Positions 29,000 to 38,881 of a stretch of 64,000 nucleotides of DNA are shown here, piece after piece. Origin of the DNA: an uncultured Acidimicrobiaceae bacterium (GTDB lineage Bacteria > Actinomycetota > Acidimicrobiia > Spongiisociales > UBA5794); the NCBI GenBank assembly GCA_964397045.1, contig CAYNHF010000051.1, positions 24,928-88,927 on the forward strand. Reading direction: 5' to 3'. The position numbers were made by a program, and so were the translations under genes. A model generated the notes under the pieces. That model did no database searches and was not told the origin of the DNA. It was given only the letters and a program-made list of their open reading frames with translations. How positions within the stretch are numbered: the first letter of the stretch is position 1; every line of letters starts with the position of its first letter.

Positions 29000-30322
29000 A
29001 TGCAGACGCGACCACAACCGGACGAAGGCTCGCGCCGCGACCCGTCGAAGATCGCGATCGCCGGGATCACCGGTGCCTTGATCGGAGGGGCGGGAGGGGC
29101 TGCGCTCGGCTCGTCCGGAGGCACCGCGGCCACGGTGTGGGGTGCGGTCACCGGCGCCGTCATCGTAGGAGTGGGTGAGGCCGTCACCGACGCCACCCGG
29201 ACACCGGGAACCGCCAAACCCGTTGGTTGGCGCATCGTTTCGTCTGCCGCGCTTGCTGCCGTGCTCGGCTGGCTTGTCGACCTGGTGGCCCCTGACCTCC
29301 ACCTCGCCGTATTCGGGGCCCTGTTCGGGTTGATCTACGGTGCCGTCGGCTTCAGGCTGGCGAAGCTGGCGCTCGGTGCCGGAGTCGGCATCGCCGTCGG
29401 GTTCGCGTTCGAAGCCGTCTGGCCTGAAGCCGGACTCGCCTGGGTGGCCGCGATCACCCTCGTCGTCTACCGCATCCTCGCCGCTGTCATCTACCGGGGG
29501 CGTGAACAGGTGACCATCATGGGTGAGGCGGTGCCTCCGTCGGATCTCGAGTTCGTCGTGCCGTTCGCGGCTCGTTCTCGCTACGTGGGAGTCGACTACC
29601 TGAAACAGTACGCCGACATGACGGGCGCCGACTTCGTCAGGAGTCCGAAGGATGTCGGAATCGTATCGTCATTCGACGATCTCCGTGGACCATCTCTGGA
29701 CCCCACTGTTGTTCACCCGCTGATCCGCGAGTTCTACGAACACACCAGCCGGTTCCACCTCTCGATCACCCCCGAGTGGCGAGCGTGGATGAAACCCGTC
29801 TACCTGGTCTACCGGTCGACGATCGCCAGACCGATCGGCCAGGCGAACGTGCCCTTCGACGTCGAAGAGGTGCAGCACGGGGTGCGCAGCTGGATCGACA
29901 CCATCGATCTCGACCATTCGGGTGGTATCGACTTCCGGGCCTGGGTTCGTGCCTACGAAGACACCAATGAGCCGCTGTATGTGGGCATCTACACGGTGCT
30001 GCGCCGCGAAGAGGTTGGATACGTGAGCGTTGGATTCCCGCTCCCAGACGGCAACTTCACGGCCACACTGCTCCCCGTTGCGAATCGCGGCGACGGCCTC
30101 CTGCTGAGCTCGCGTTCCGAGCTCGACTACCCCGGCCACTACTTGAGTGCCGTCGAAGCCGAAGACGAATCGATGACCACGCTGCGCCTGTCTGGCTTCA
30201 ATGAGGAGATCGACGTGTTCGTGGAAGCCGATGAACTGAGGACCGATCACCGTTTCTACCTCGGCGGGGTGCGCTTCCTGACGCTTCACTATGCGATCGA
30301 GCGGATCGCGGCGAGGGGATGA
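29000..30322 (+). CDS. Hypothetical protein: Gly-rich TM N-terminus + ~300-aa globular domain
   Basis: High GC3. Gly-rich hydrophobic N-terminus (IAGITGALIGGAGGAALGSSGG...). No family recognised. Confidence 0.5.
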   Translation: MQTRPQPDEGSRRDPSKIAIAGITGALIGGAGGAALGSSGGTAATVWGAVTGAVIVGVGEAVTDATRTPGTAKPVGWRIVSSAALAAVLGWLVDLVAPDLHLAVFGALFGLIYGAVGFRLAKLALGAGVGIAVGFAFEAVWPEAGLAWVAAITLVVYRILAAVIYRGREQVTIMGEAVPPSDLEFVVPFAARSRYVGVDYLKQYADMTGADFVRSPKDVGIVSSFDDLRGPSLDPTVVHPLIREFYEHTSRFHLSITPEWRAWMKPVYLVYRSTIARPIGQANVPFDVEEVQHGVRSWIDTIDLDHSGGIDFRAWVRAYEDTNEPLYVGIYTVLRREEVGYVSVGFPLPDGNFTATLLPVANRGDGLLLSSRSELDYPGHYLSAVEAEDESMTTLRLSGFNEEIDVFVEADELRTDHRFYLGGVRFLTLHYAIERIAARG

Positions 30323-30407
30323 CCCGATGAGGGATGTGTGCCCCGCCTCGTGGTGTCACCCACCAGGTCGACTTCCCCGTCTGTAGGGGAGACGATCACC
30401 ACCGCAG

Positions 30408-31110
30408 GTGAGGGCCATGGGGAGCCAGGCAGCAACTGAAGCAGCGGCGATTGCGAGCAGTACTCGCTCCACGAGGGTGGCTCGCGGCGGCCTCGTTGTC
30501 GGAGGCCTGCTCGGACTCCTCGTCACGCCGCCGTTCGCCCTTGCCTACCTACCTGCGTATGGCACACAAAACGGGGAAGCGGCGTCTCCCTGGCTCAGCC
30601 CACTCCGGGAACCGCTGCAGGAACTCGGGCTGCTCGGCGGCGATCCGGTCGCCACCTACACCCGCTACGGCAAGGCGTTTGGTGTGGCCCTCCTCCTGGT
30701 CACGGTCTCGCTGGCGGTCGTCGTACGAGCGCGTCGCCGCAAGGGACCACGAGAAACCCGGGCCTGGCTGGTGCTCATCACCGGCCTCGGCGTCCTCACG
30801 CTGGGCACCTTCGGGGACTACGCATTGGAGCAGGGAAGCTTCTGGGCCAACAATGGGCTCGGGCTCGAACTGGTCGGGTTACTCATCCTCGCAGTAGCCA
30901 CCCCGCTGCTCGGTTGGGCGCTGCGTCTGGAGACCGGATTCTCGCGTCCGAAGAGCCTGGCGGTGGCATTGATCGGTCCGGCCAGCCTGATACTGGGTTC
31001 AGTGCTGACAGCCCACATCCCGAGCGGACGCCTCCCTGTTCCTGGTGGCTGCCGTCTTCGTCGGGTTCGGCGGACTACCGAACGGGACGGCACCGGGGAC
31101 CACTGCCTAG
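30408..31110 (+). pseudogene. Integral membrane protein with apparent +1 frameshift near 31010-31022 (or sequencing indel)
   Basis: Frame a (from 30408) encodes a 6-TM protein up to ...LTAHIP. It then runs antisense through the rhodanese gene as R-rich low-complexity sequence. Frame a+1 from 31009 gives a hydrophobic tail SRADASLFLVAAVFVGFGGLPNGTAPGTTA* whose TAG overlaps the rhodanese stop by 4 nt (CTAG). Confidence 0.4.
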
Positions 31111-31436
31111 CCGACGGCGGTACCTTCCAGCGGGTAGCCCGCGTTCTGCCAGTCGCTGAGACCGCCGGAGTACCGCCGCACGCTGGTGTAGCCCTCTTCG
31201 ATCAGCCGGCGGTAGACGAACCGGCTGGCGACGCAGGCCTCGTCAGAGCAATAGACGACGATCTCCTGGTCTTTGTCGAAGGCGCCAAAACCGGCAACCG
31301 GGTCCTCGAAATTCAGCGAACCCGGGATGTGCATCGCCTCAAACGCCCACCGGTGCAGCGTCATGACGAGCGCAAAATCATCGCCTGCGTCCAGCTTCGC
31401 CTTGAGCTCATCCCGCGAAATCGTGTTGATATCCAT
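31107..31436 (-). CDS. Single-domain rhodanese (sulfurtransferase)
   Basis: Active-site Cys loop (VVYCSDEACVASRF), 109 aa. Confidence 0.85.
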   Translation of the reverse strand: MDINTISRDELKAKLDAGDDFALVMTLHRWAFEAMHIPGSLNFEDPVAGFGAFDKDQEIVVYCSDEACVASRFVYRRLIEEGYTSVRRYSGGLSDWQNAGYPLEGTAVG

Positions 31437-31522
31437 GAGCGGCGACTCTACACCTTCGCCCCCACCCGGCTCAGGGCGCAGTCGCGTAGCCTGGGCTTGG
31501 CAGTCTGTCGACGGGAGTAGCC

Positions 31523-32428
31523 ATGAAACGCATCATCATCGTCATGCTCGCGGTTGCGGGTTTGCTGGCGATTCCATCCGCAGCACTCGCCCAGAGTGAC
31601 GAAGCGGACGGCGTACTGGTGCGGGTAAAGGGCGATGCCACCGTTTCGGCAGACGAAGTGGTCAGTGTCGTGGTTGTGGTCAAGGGTGACCTCATACTCG
31701 AAGGCGTCGCGGAAACCGTCGTGGTGGTCGACGGCACCGTTGATGCCGTCGGAGCGACCATCAACACGCTCGTGGTGGTGCGCGGCAGCGCGATGTTGTC
31801 GAATGGGGCGACCGTCACCGGTGATGTATGGCTCACGGACTCAACCCTCACCAGGTCAGAAGACTCCACAGTGGAAGGAGCGATTCGTCGCGGCTTCCGG
31901 GGCACCTGGATCGCAGGACTCTGGATCGCCGGTCTCATCCTCGGCCTGGGCCTTGCGCTGCTGGTCGTGCTGGGGGCCCTCACCTTCGCCGCGATCGCCC
32001 CGAATGTGGCGAGACGCGCCGGTGCCGCGATTCGCGGCGACCTCGGACACGTGGCCCTCGCCGGATTGGTCTTCTGGATCGTTCTGCCCTTGCTCGCCGG
32101 ACTGCTGCTCGTCACCCTCGTCGGCATTCCAGCGGCGTTCACAGTCTGGTTCGCCGTAATGCCGATCTTCGGCTTCCTCGGCTACATCGTGGTCGGAATC
32201 TGGCTCGGAGAGCTGATGGTTGCGCGCGACGGCGGGGAAGGCCATCCCTATCTCGCGGCGTTTGTGGGAACCGCGGTGCTGGTGCTCGCCGGGGTCATCC
32301 CCGGGCTTGGCTGGATAGTAGGGATGCTGGCTTCGCTGCTTGGTGGGAGTGCGCTGGCCTTGCTGGCGTGGCAAGCCTTCCGCTCCAACGGAGATACGAC
32401 GACGGTCTCAGATCCTGTCGAGGCCTGA
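31523..32428 (+). CDS. Exported beta-helical repeat (bactofilin/DUF583-like) protein with C-terminal 4-TM anchor
   Basis: Signal peptide (MKRIIIVMLAVAGLLAIPSAALA), V/G/T-rich repeats (VVVVKGDLILEGVAETVVVVDGTVDAVGATINTLVVVRGSAML), then four hydrophobic helices. Confidence 0.55.
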   Translation: MKRIIIVMLAVAGLLAIPSAALAQSDEADGVLVRVKGDATVSADEVVSVVVVVKGDLILEGVAETVVVVDGTVDAVGATINTLVVVRGSAMLSNGATVTGDVWLTDSTLTRSEDSTVEGAIRRGFRGTWIAGLWIAGLILGLGLALLVVLGALTFAAIAPNVARRAGAAIRGDLGHVALAGLVFWIVLPLLAGLLLVTLVGIPAAFTVWFAVMPIFGFLGYIVVGIWLGELMVARDGGEGHPYLAAFVGTAVLVLAGVIPGLGWIVGMLASLLGGSALALLAWQAFRSNGDTTTVSDPVEA

Positions 32429-32521
32429 CCGGGAGGCGGATTCCCAGTATTGGTGATCCTGTGGCGGTCCCTGCGGCACCGTGTTACAAAGACGACTGCA
32501 CGCGCCACACAAGGAGTTCGC

Positions 32522-33619
32522 ATGACCGACCTGATGCCCATTCTCGGGTACGACGCCATCGAGTTCTATGTGGGCAACGCACGCCAGGCAGCGCACTACT
32601 ACCGAACCGCGTTCGGATTCGATGTGGTCGGATACGCCGGTCCCGAGTACGGAGTCCGTGACCGCTGTTCATACGTGTTGGAACAAAACGGGATCCGTTT
32701 CGTAGTCACGGCAGGGCTCGGACCAGAGTCCGAGATCGTGCAGCACCAGGCGCTGCACGGCGACGGAGTCAAGGATGTCGCGTTCTCGGTCCCAGACGCA
32801 GAGGAGGCCTTTCGGGTAGCGCTGGATCGTGGCGCCATCCCTCACCAGGAACCGGCGGTGTTTGAGGACGACCACGGCAAGCTGGTCGTCTCCGCGATCA
32901 AGGCATACGGCGACACCATCCACTCGTTCGTGGACCGGAGCAACTACTCGGGGGTCTACGCCCCCGGGTATCGGCCAACGACGCACTGGGCAGAGGCCGA
33001 GGACGCCGGCCTGCACTACGTCGATCACGTTGTATGCAACGTCGAACTCGGCAAGATGAACGAATGGGCGTCCTACTACGCCGCCATCATGGGATTCACT
33101 CAACTCCACCACTTCAACGACGAGCAGATCTCCACCGAGTACACGGCACTGATGTCCAAGGTGCTGTGGGACGGCAGCGGACGAATCAAGCTGCCGATCA
33201 ACGAACCTGCAGCAGGCAAGAAGAAGAGCCAGATCGAGGAGTATCTCGACTTCTACCGATCCCCCGGTGTCCAACACATGGCGCTCGCCACCGAAGACAT
33301 CGTGGAGACCGTTCGCAAGATGCGCGCCAGCGGGGTGCGGTTCCTCCGCACCCCGCAGAACTACTACGACGAGCTGAAGGATCGGCTCGACTGGTCCACG
33401 ATCGACGCCGATATCGACGAACTGGCCGAACTCGGCATCCTCGCCGACCAGGACGACGAGGGGTACCTGCTCCAGATCTTCACCAAGTCGGTGCAGGATC
33501 GCCCGACTGTGTTCTACGAGATCATCGAGCGCCATGGTTCGCTGGGTTTCGGCATCGGTAACTTCCAGGCCTTGTTCGAAGCGATCGAACGAGACCAGGC
33601 CGCCCGCGGAAATCTGTAG
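32522..33619 (+). CDS. hppD: 4-hydroxyphenylpyruvate dioxygenase
   Basis: Two VOC domains with the HppD signature (HHFNDEQISTEYTALMSKV...GVQHMALATEDI...LLQIFTK). Confidence 0.9.
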   Translation: MTDLMPILGYDAIEFYVGNARQAAHYYRTAFGFDVVGYAGPEYGVRDRCSYVLEQNGIRFVVTAGLGPESEIVQHQALHGDGVKDVAFSVPDAEEAFRVALDRGAIPHQEPAVFEDDHGKLVVSAIKAYGDTIHSFVDRSNYSGVYAPGYRPTTHWAEAEDAGLHYVDHVVCNVELGKMNEWASYYAAIMGFTQLHHFNDEQISTEYTALMSKVLWDGSGRIKLPINEPAAGKKKSQIEEYLDFYRSPGVQHMALATEDIVETVRKMRASGVRFLRTPQNYYDELKDRLDWSTIDADIDELAELGILADQDDEGYLLQIFTKSVQDRPTVFYEIIERHGSLGFGIGNFQALFEAIERDQAARGNL

Positions 33620-33669
33620 GTCGGGACGAGTTCGGGAACTCTCCCCACCTTACGTTTCGTCGTACCCAT

Positions 33670-35031
33670 ATGAGACTTGCGCGAGTCGTGACCGGGCTGG
33701 TGGTTCTCGCCCTCATCGCCGCGGCCTGCGGGGACGATGCCGGCGGGTCGTCTTCGACGGCTCCGTCCGACGAGCAGACCACCACCACCGCATCACCCGC
33801 GGACGTCCCGGTAACAACCGTTCCATTCGTGAACGGGGAGGAAATCCGACTCGACCTGCCCCGAGCCACCACCGGGGTTTCGGACGCCGAACTTGCAGCC
33901 GTCGTGGCCGGCGACACCCAGTTCGGGCTGGACCTGTTCACCACGGTGGCAACCGACGAGAACGTGATGCTCTCGCCGTACTCGATCGCCACCGCGTTGG
34001 CCATGTTGTACCCGGGAGCGCGCGGGACAACGGCGGCCGAAATCGCGGAGGTGCTCCACCTCAACGTCGATGACGAGACGTTGCATGCCGCTCGGAACCA
34101 ACTCGACCTCTCACTCGCCGCCGCGCCGCCGGCGCAGGAGGAGGAAGACTCCCGCGAGCCGTTCGCGATCCGACCCGCCAACTCGGCGTGGGGCCAGGGG
34201 GGCTACCCGTTCCTCGATGAGTACCTGGCGGTGCTGGCGACGTACTACGGGGCGGGGCTGCGCCTGACCGATTTCGCAACCGATCCTGTCGGTGCCACGG
34301 ACACCATCAACGAGTGGGTGGAGGACGCCACCGAGGATCGAATCCAGGACCTGATTCCACCCGGAGCCATCGATTCACTCACCCGGCTGGTGCTCGTCAA
34401 CGCCATCTGGTTCCAGGCTAACTGGGCCGCGCCGTTCGAACCGGAGCTCACGGAGCCCGGTGACTTCACCCTGGCAGATGGATCCACCATCGCGGTGCCG
34501 ATGATGCACGGCAGTCAGCGGACCGGCTACGCCGACACCGATCTTTACGAGGCGGTGCGACTCCCGTATGCCGGGGACGCCGCCATGGTGGTCATGCTGC
34601 CCAAACAGGGAACGCCGGCCGACCTCGCCGCAGCCCTCGACGGTGAGGACATGAGCCCGCAGTGGGGTGATGCCCAGGTCGACATCACGCTGCCGAGCTT
34701 CGAATTCGAATCTGAGATCCTTCTCAAGCAGGGGCTGATGGAGCTCGGCATGGAGGCTGCCTTCCGAGACGCGGCTGCACCAGACGGAGCCGACCTCACG
34801 GGGATCACCCCGCTGCGCGAGTTGTACGTCAGCGATGCACTCCACAACTCATTCATCGCACTCGACGAGGAGGGAACCGAGGCTGCAGCGGCGACCGCTT
34901 TGATCATCGGGATTACGTCCCTTCCGCAGCCGGCGACCTTCACCGCAGACCGGCCGTTCCTCTTCTGGATCGAACACACCACTACAAGCGAGGTGCTGTT
35001 CCTGGGCCAGGTGACGAACCCCGTCGCGTGA
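33670..35031 (+). CDS. Serpin (serine protease inhibitor) lipoprotein
   Basis: Lipobox LIAAAC|GDD. Serpin core motifs (VLVNAIWFQANW, hinge EEGTEAAAATAL, C-terminal PFLFWIEH), 453 aa. Confidence 0.85.
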   Translation: MRLARVVTGLVVLALIAAACGDDAGGSSSTAPSDEQTTTTASPADVPVTTVPFVNGEEIRLDLPRATTGVSDAELAAVVAGDTQFGLDLFTTVATDENVMLSPYSIATALAMLYPGARGTTAAEIAEVLHLNVDDETLHAARNQLDLSLAAAPPAQEEEDSREPFAIRPANSAWGQGGYPFLDEYLAVLATYYGAGLRLTDFATDPVGATDTINEWVEDATEDRIQDLIPPGAIDSLTRLVLVNAIWFQANWAAPFEPELTEPGDFTLADGSTIAVPMMHGSQRTGYADTDLYEAVRLPYAGDAAMVVMLPKQGTPADLAAALDGEDMSPQWGDAQVDITLPSFEFESEILLKQGLMELGMEAAFRDAAAPDGADLTGITPLRELYVSDALHNSFIALDEEGTEAAAATALIIGITSLPQPATFTADRPFLFWIEHTTTSEVLFLGQVTNPVA

Positions 35032-35040
35032 GCTCCGTCG

Positions 35041-35445
35041 TCAGTCCTCCGCAGCGGCCGCGGGACCGGCAGACTTCCGATCCGAGGCGAGCTTGAACTG
35101 GATGGCAGCGAGGATGCCGTAGCCCACGGTCTCTGCCGGACTGCCGGTGAGAGCCGCCATGACCGAGAAGACACCGCCGGCTATCAGTGCCGGACGGACC
35201 GCGGCTCCCCTGGTGAGGATGGCGATCGCGACCGCAGCCTGGAACACTGCCACCAGGGCGGTGACGGCCACGCTGTCTGGCACCAGCAGCTCCTCGATGA
35301 GTGCCTCGGCTGGTGGGAGCCATGCCTGCTCCGCCATGGCGTCATAGAACCCCCGGCTCTCGCGCAGCACGAACAGCGACTGATGCACCGCTCCGATGGC
35401 ATAGAGCCCGCCGATGATGAGTTCGGCACCGGTGCGGAGCTTCAT
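35041..35445 (-). CDS. DoxX-like small membrane protein
   Basis: 134 aa with 3-4 TM helices. A 4-nt overlap with the upstream ADH gene suggests coupling. Confidence 0.5.
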   Translation of the reverse strand: MKLRTGAELIIGGLYAIGAVHQSLFVLRESRGFYDAMAEQAWLPPAEALIEELLVPDSVAVTALVAVFQAAVAIAILTRGAAVRPALIAGGVFSVMAALTGSPAETVGYGILAAIQFKLASDRKSAGPAAAAED

Positions 35446-36428
35446 GCGTGAGCTGCGGCCACGGTGACGACGACCTTGCCGCGGGCGTGACCGGTTTCGA
35501 GATAGTGAACGGCTTCGGGGGTCTCGCTCAACTCGTAGGTCTTGTCGACGACCGGCGTGACCTTCCCGGCTTCGATGAGTTCTGTCAGCAGCCCCAAATG
35601 TTCGTTGGGCCTGTCATTCACCGGCACCATCCGCTGGCTCACAAACGGCGACATGGCAACAGCCTTGATCTGCTGGACCATCGGCCCGAACCATTTGCCG
35701 CCCCCTGCTCCAAAGGCACCGTAGGTCCCGCTGGGCGCCAGCACCCGCCTGCACTCTGATATCGGATGGTTTCCCACCGTATCGAGCACCAGGTCGTATC
35801 GCTCCTGCCTCTCGGTGAAGTCCTGCTCGGTGTAGTCGATGACGTGGTCGGCGCCGATGGATCGGACCATGTCCACGTTCTTCGGACTGCATACGCCGGT
35901 CACCTCAGCGCCGGACGCCATGGCGAGCTGGACCGCGAACGTTCCCAGGCCACCTGATGCACCGTTCACCAAGACCTTCTGTCCCGGCTGCACCTTCCCC
36001 TTGTCGCGCACGCCCTGCAGAGCCGTCACGCCTGCCATCGGCACCGCCGCCGCCTGCTCGAATGACAGGTTCGAAGGCTTCCTCCCCAACATGGTGCCCG
36101 AAAACCTCACGTAGTCGGCGCAGCCCCCGAAGCCGACCTCGCCGTACACCTCGTCCCCCGGCTGGAACCGCGTCACGCTGCCGCCCACAGCCTCTACCCG
36201 TCCGGCCATGTCACCACCCAGGATCCGGGTTCGCTTCGGCTTGCGAGGCCCCGCCACCACCCGCGCGACGTAGGGCAGCCCCCGCATGAGGAGCCAGTCG
36301 TAGGGATTCAGACCGGCCGCATGAACGCGCACCAGGACCTCATCCTCCTTGAAGACCGGAATATCGACGTCCCCGAACTCGAGCACCTCGTCAGGTGCGC
36401 CGTACTCGCGGTACACGATCGCCCTCAT
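35442..36428 (-). CDS. Zinc-type alcohol dehydrogenase / NADPH:quinone oxidoreductase (MDR superfamily)
   Basis: MRAIVYREYGAPDEVL...GLNPYD...GASGGLGTFAVQLA Rossmann motif, 328 aa. The ORF track's 5' extension to 37238 is antisense R-rich and rejected. Confidence 0.85.
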   Translation of the reverse strand: MRAIVYREYGAPDEVLEFGDVDIPVFKEDEVLVRVHAAGLNPYDWLLMRGLPYVARVVAGPRKPKRTRILGGDMAGRVEAVGGSVTRFQPGDEVYGEVGFGGCADYVRFSGTMLGRKPSNLSFEQAAAVPMAGVTALQGVRDKGKVQPGQKVLVNGASGGLGTFAVQLAMASGAEVTGVCSPKNVDMVRSIGADHVIDYTEQDFTERQERYDLVLDTVGNHPISECRRVLAPSGTYGAFGAGGGKWFGPMVQQIKAVAMSPFVSQRMVPVNDRPNEHLGLLTELIEAGKVTPVVDKTYELSETPEAVHYLETGHARGKVVVTVAAAHA

Positions 36429-36632
36429 CGATTTCTCCTGAGTTGCATTCGGTTTGGCCAAGACGAGTTCTGGCGCATTCTCACCTGCGGAATTCTGCGG
36501 CCGGTAGGGGCCAATGCCTCTGCGAGTTGCGGGGCGTCCGAGGATCCCTCGAGGTAGCGCAACAAGCAGGCGGACCCACGACGCCGGTGTGAGTGAACAG
36601 GACCGCGGGGGCCGCGGATTACCATCGAGGCG

Positions 36633-37184
36633 GTGCCGCGAGACCTCTCCAACACCGCCCTGATCGTCGTCGACGTCCAGCGTGGTTTCGCCGACCCGAG
36701 TTGGGGACCGCGCAACAACCCTTCTTGCGAGCAGAACATTGCATCTCTGGTCGCGTCCTGGCGGGCGGCCGAGCGCCCTGTCGTGCACGTCCGTCACGAC
36801 TCGGCCACGCCCGGGTCGCCTCTCCGACCAGGCCAACCCGGCAACGAACTGCAGCCCGTCCTCTCCAATGAACCCGACCTGCTCGTCACCAAGAGCGTCA
36901 ACTCGGCCTTCTACGGTGCTCCCGACCTCCAGCAATGGCTGGACGAAAGAAGCATCACAGGAGTGGCCATCTGCGGAATTCAGACGAACTTCTGCTGTGA
37001 AACCACGGCCCGCATGGCAGGCAATCTCGGCTACGACACACTCTTCGTACTCGACGCCACCCACACCTTCGATCTTGCCGCACTGGACGGCAGCGTGATC
37101 GCCGCAGACGAACTTGCCCGCGTCACCGCCGCCAACCTCCAGGATGAGTTCGCCGCGGTCGTCATGACCGCCGAACTGTTGTAG
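36633..37184 (+). CDS. Isochorismatase-family cysteine hydrolase
   Basis: ALIVVDVQRGF...catalytic Cys in AICGIQTNFCCETTAR. GTG start. Confidence 0.8.
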   Translation: MPRDLSNTALIVVDVQRGFADPSWGPRNNPSCEQNIASLVASWRAAERPVVHVRHDSATPGSPLRPGQPGNELQPVLSNEPDLLVTKSVNSAFYGAPDLQQWLDERSITGVAICGIQTNFCCETTARMAGNLGYDTLFVLDATHTFDLAALDGSVIAADELARVTAANLQDEFAAVVMTAELL

Positions 37185-37396
37185 GCAGCGATCGCGACTT
37201 CGGCGCCCCGATGACCAGAGATGGATCCATCGGACCACCCGAGCCCTCCATCACGAATTGGGCCGCATCCCGACCTCCATAGTGTGCTCGGCCTCCCTCC
37301 ACCAGATGCGGCCTACCCCCGGCACTCCGTTGCCCGGCGTGAACTGGGTGCGGGTGCGCTTCCCCGCCAACGCCGATCGTCGTCTAGTCTCGCCTG

Positions 37397-38878
37397 ATGC
37401 CTACACCCCTCGATCGGCCGCCCGCGTGGGTGCAAGACGCCATCTTCTATCAGATCTTTCCCGACCGCTTCGCCAAGTCGGAGCGGGTCGAGAAGCCCAC
37501 CAACCTGGAGCCCTGGGCTGATCCACCGACCGTCCACGGGTACAAGGGTGGAGATCTGCTCGGCGTGGTCGAGCATCTCGACTATCTCAGCGATCTGGGG
37601 ATCAATGCGATCTACTTCAACCCCATCTTCCAAAGTGCGGCGAATCACCGCTATCACACCCACGACTACTTCGCCGTCGATCCGCTGCTCGGAGGCGACG
37701 CGGCCTTCGACGAAATGCTCGCCGCCTGTCATGAGCGTGGAATCCGGGTCGTGCTCGACGGCGTGTTCAATCACGCCAGCCGCGGATTCTTCCAGTTCAG
37801 GGACATCCTCGAAAATGGGCCGGAATCTGCGTGGATCGACTGGTTTTATGTCAACGGCTGGCCCCTACGGCCCTACAGTGATGAAGGCCCTGCGAACTAT
37901 GAGGCATGGTGGGGACTCAAAGCACTCCCCAAGTTCAACACCGACAACCCACAGGTGCGTGAGTTCCTCATGCAGGTCGGCGAGCACTGGGCGCGCAAGG
38001 GGATCGACGGCTGGCGCCTCGACGTACCCCAGGAAATCCAGACTCCCGGCTTCTGGGAGGAGTTTCGTGCACGGGTGAGGGCAGTGAACCCCGACCTCTA
38101 CGTCGTCGGGGAAATCTGGTCGGATGCCACCCATTACGTCGCGGACGGCACTCGATTCGACGCCACCATGAACTACCAGGTCACGACGGCCATTATCTCG
38201 TATGCGATTGGTCACCGGGTCAATCCGGCCACCCAACTCCCCAACCCGGCGTACGAGATACAGCCCGCCATCGACGCCGCCACCTACGGCGACCGGATCG
38301 AACACCACCTCGACGCGTACCCGGACTGGGTCGACCTGGCGAATTTGAATCTGCTCGACTCCCATGACACCGCCCGAATCGCCACCATCGCGTCCGGTGA
38401 TCCGACCTCAGTCAAGCTCGCCATGTTCCTGCTGCTGACCTTCCCCGGAGCTCCCTCGATCTACTACGGGGGCGAGGTCGGTCTCGAAGGCGGCATCGAT
38501 CCGGACTCGCGTCGCTCCTTCCCGTGGGATGAAGCAGATTGGGACACCGACCTGCGGTCGACCGTCAAACGCCTCATTGCACTTCGCGCCGCCCATCCTG
38601 CGTTGCGAGCTCGCGGATACCGTCGCATCTGGCCGCCGCGCGGTGATCACGGGGAGATGGTTTACGTCTTCGAGCGTCGTAGCGAAGACGGGGGCCGAAT
38701 CGTCGGTGCAGTGAATGCCGGGGACGATCGACACACGCTGACCGCTCCGGCCGGTCTCGTCGACCACCTCCAGGTCGAACTCATCTGGGGTGACGCCGAC
38801 CTCACGATCGGCGACAACAACCTCCGGGTCTCGATACCCGCCCGCAGCGCCGCGCTGTGGCACGCATCCTCTGCGTAG
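37397..38878 (+). CDS. GH13 alpha-amylase-family glycosidase (alpha-glucosidase / maltodextrin-active)
   Basis: GH13 regions I-IV (VLDGVFNHAS, GWRLDVPQEI, VVGEIW, LLDSHDTARI). Confidence 0.85.
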   Translation: MPTPLDRPPAWVQDAIFYQIFPDRFAKSERVEKPTNLEPWADPPTVHGYKGGDLLGVVEHLDYLSDLGINAIYFNPIFQSAANHRYHTHDYFAVDPLLGGDAAFDEMLAACHERGIRVVLDGVFNHASRGFFQFRDILENGPESAWIDWFYVNGWPLRPYSDEGPANYEAWWGLKALPKFNTDNPQVREFLMQVGEHWARKGIDGWRLDVPQEIQTPGFWEEFRARVRAVNPDLYVVGEIWSDATHYVADGTRFDATMNYQVTTAIISYAIGHRVNPATQLPNPAYEIQPAIDAATYGDRIEHHLDAYPDWVDLANLNLLDSHDTARIATIASGDPTSVKLAMFLLLTFPGAPSIYYGGEVGLEGGIDPDSRRSFPWDEADWDTDLRSTVKRLIALRAAHPALRARGYRRIWPPRGDHGEMVYVFERRSEDGGRIVGAVNAGDDRHTLTAPAGLVDHLQVELIWGDADLTIGDNNLRVSIPARSAALWHASSA

Positions 38879-38881
38879 GCC

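Noticed and set aside
31023-31520. Continuation of the 30408 ORF to 31520 (370 aa)
   Set aside because: Past ~31020 it reads arginine-rich nonsense exactly antisense to the rhodanese gene. A +1 frame gives a credible hydrophobic terminus instead.
36429-37238. 5' extension of the ADH ORF up to 37238 (598 aa total)
   Set aside because: The extension is antisense to the isochorismatase gene and R/G-rich. MRAIVYREYG at 36428 is a canonical MDR start.
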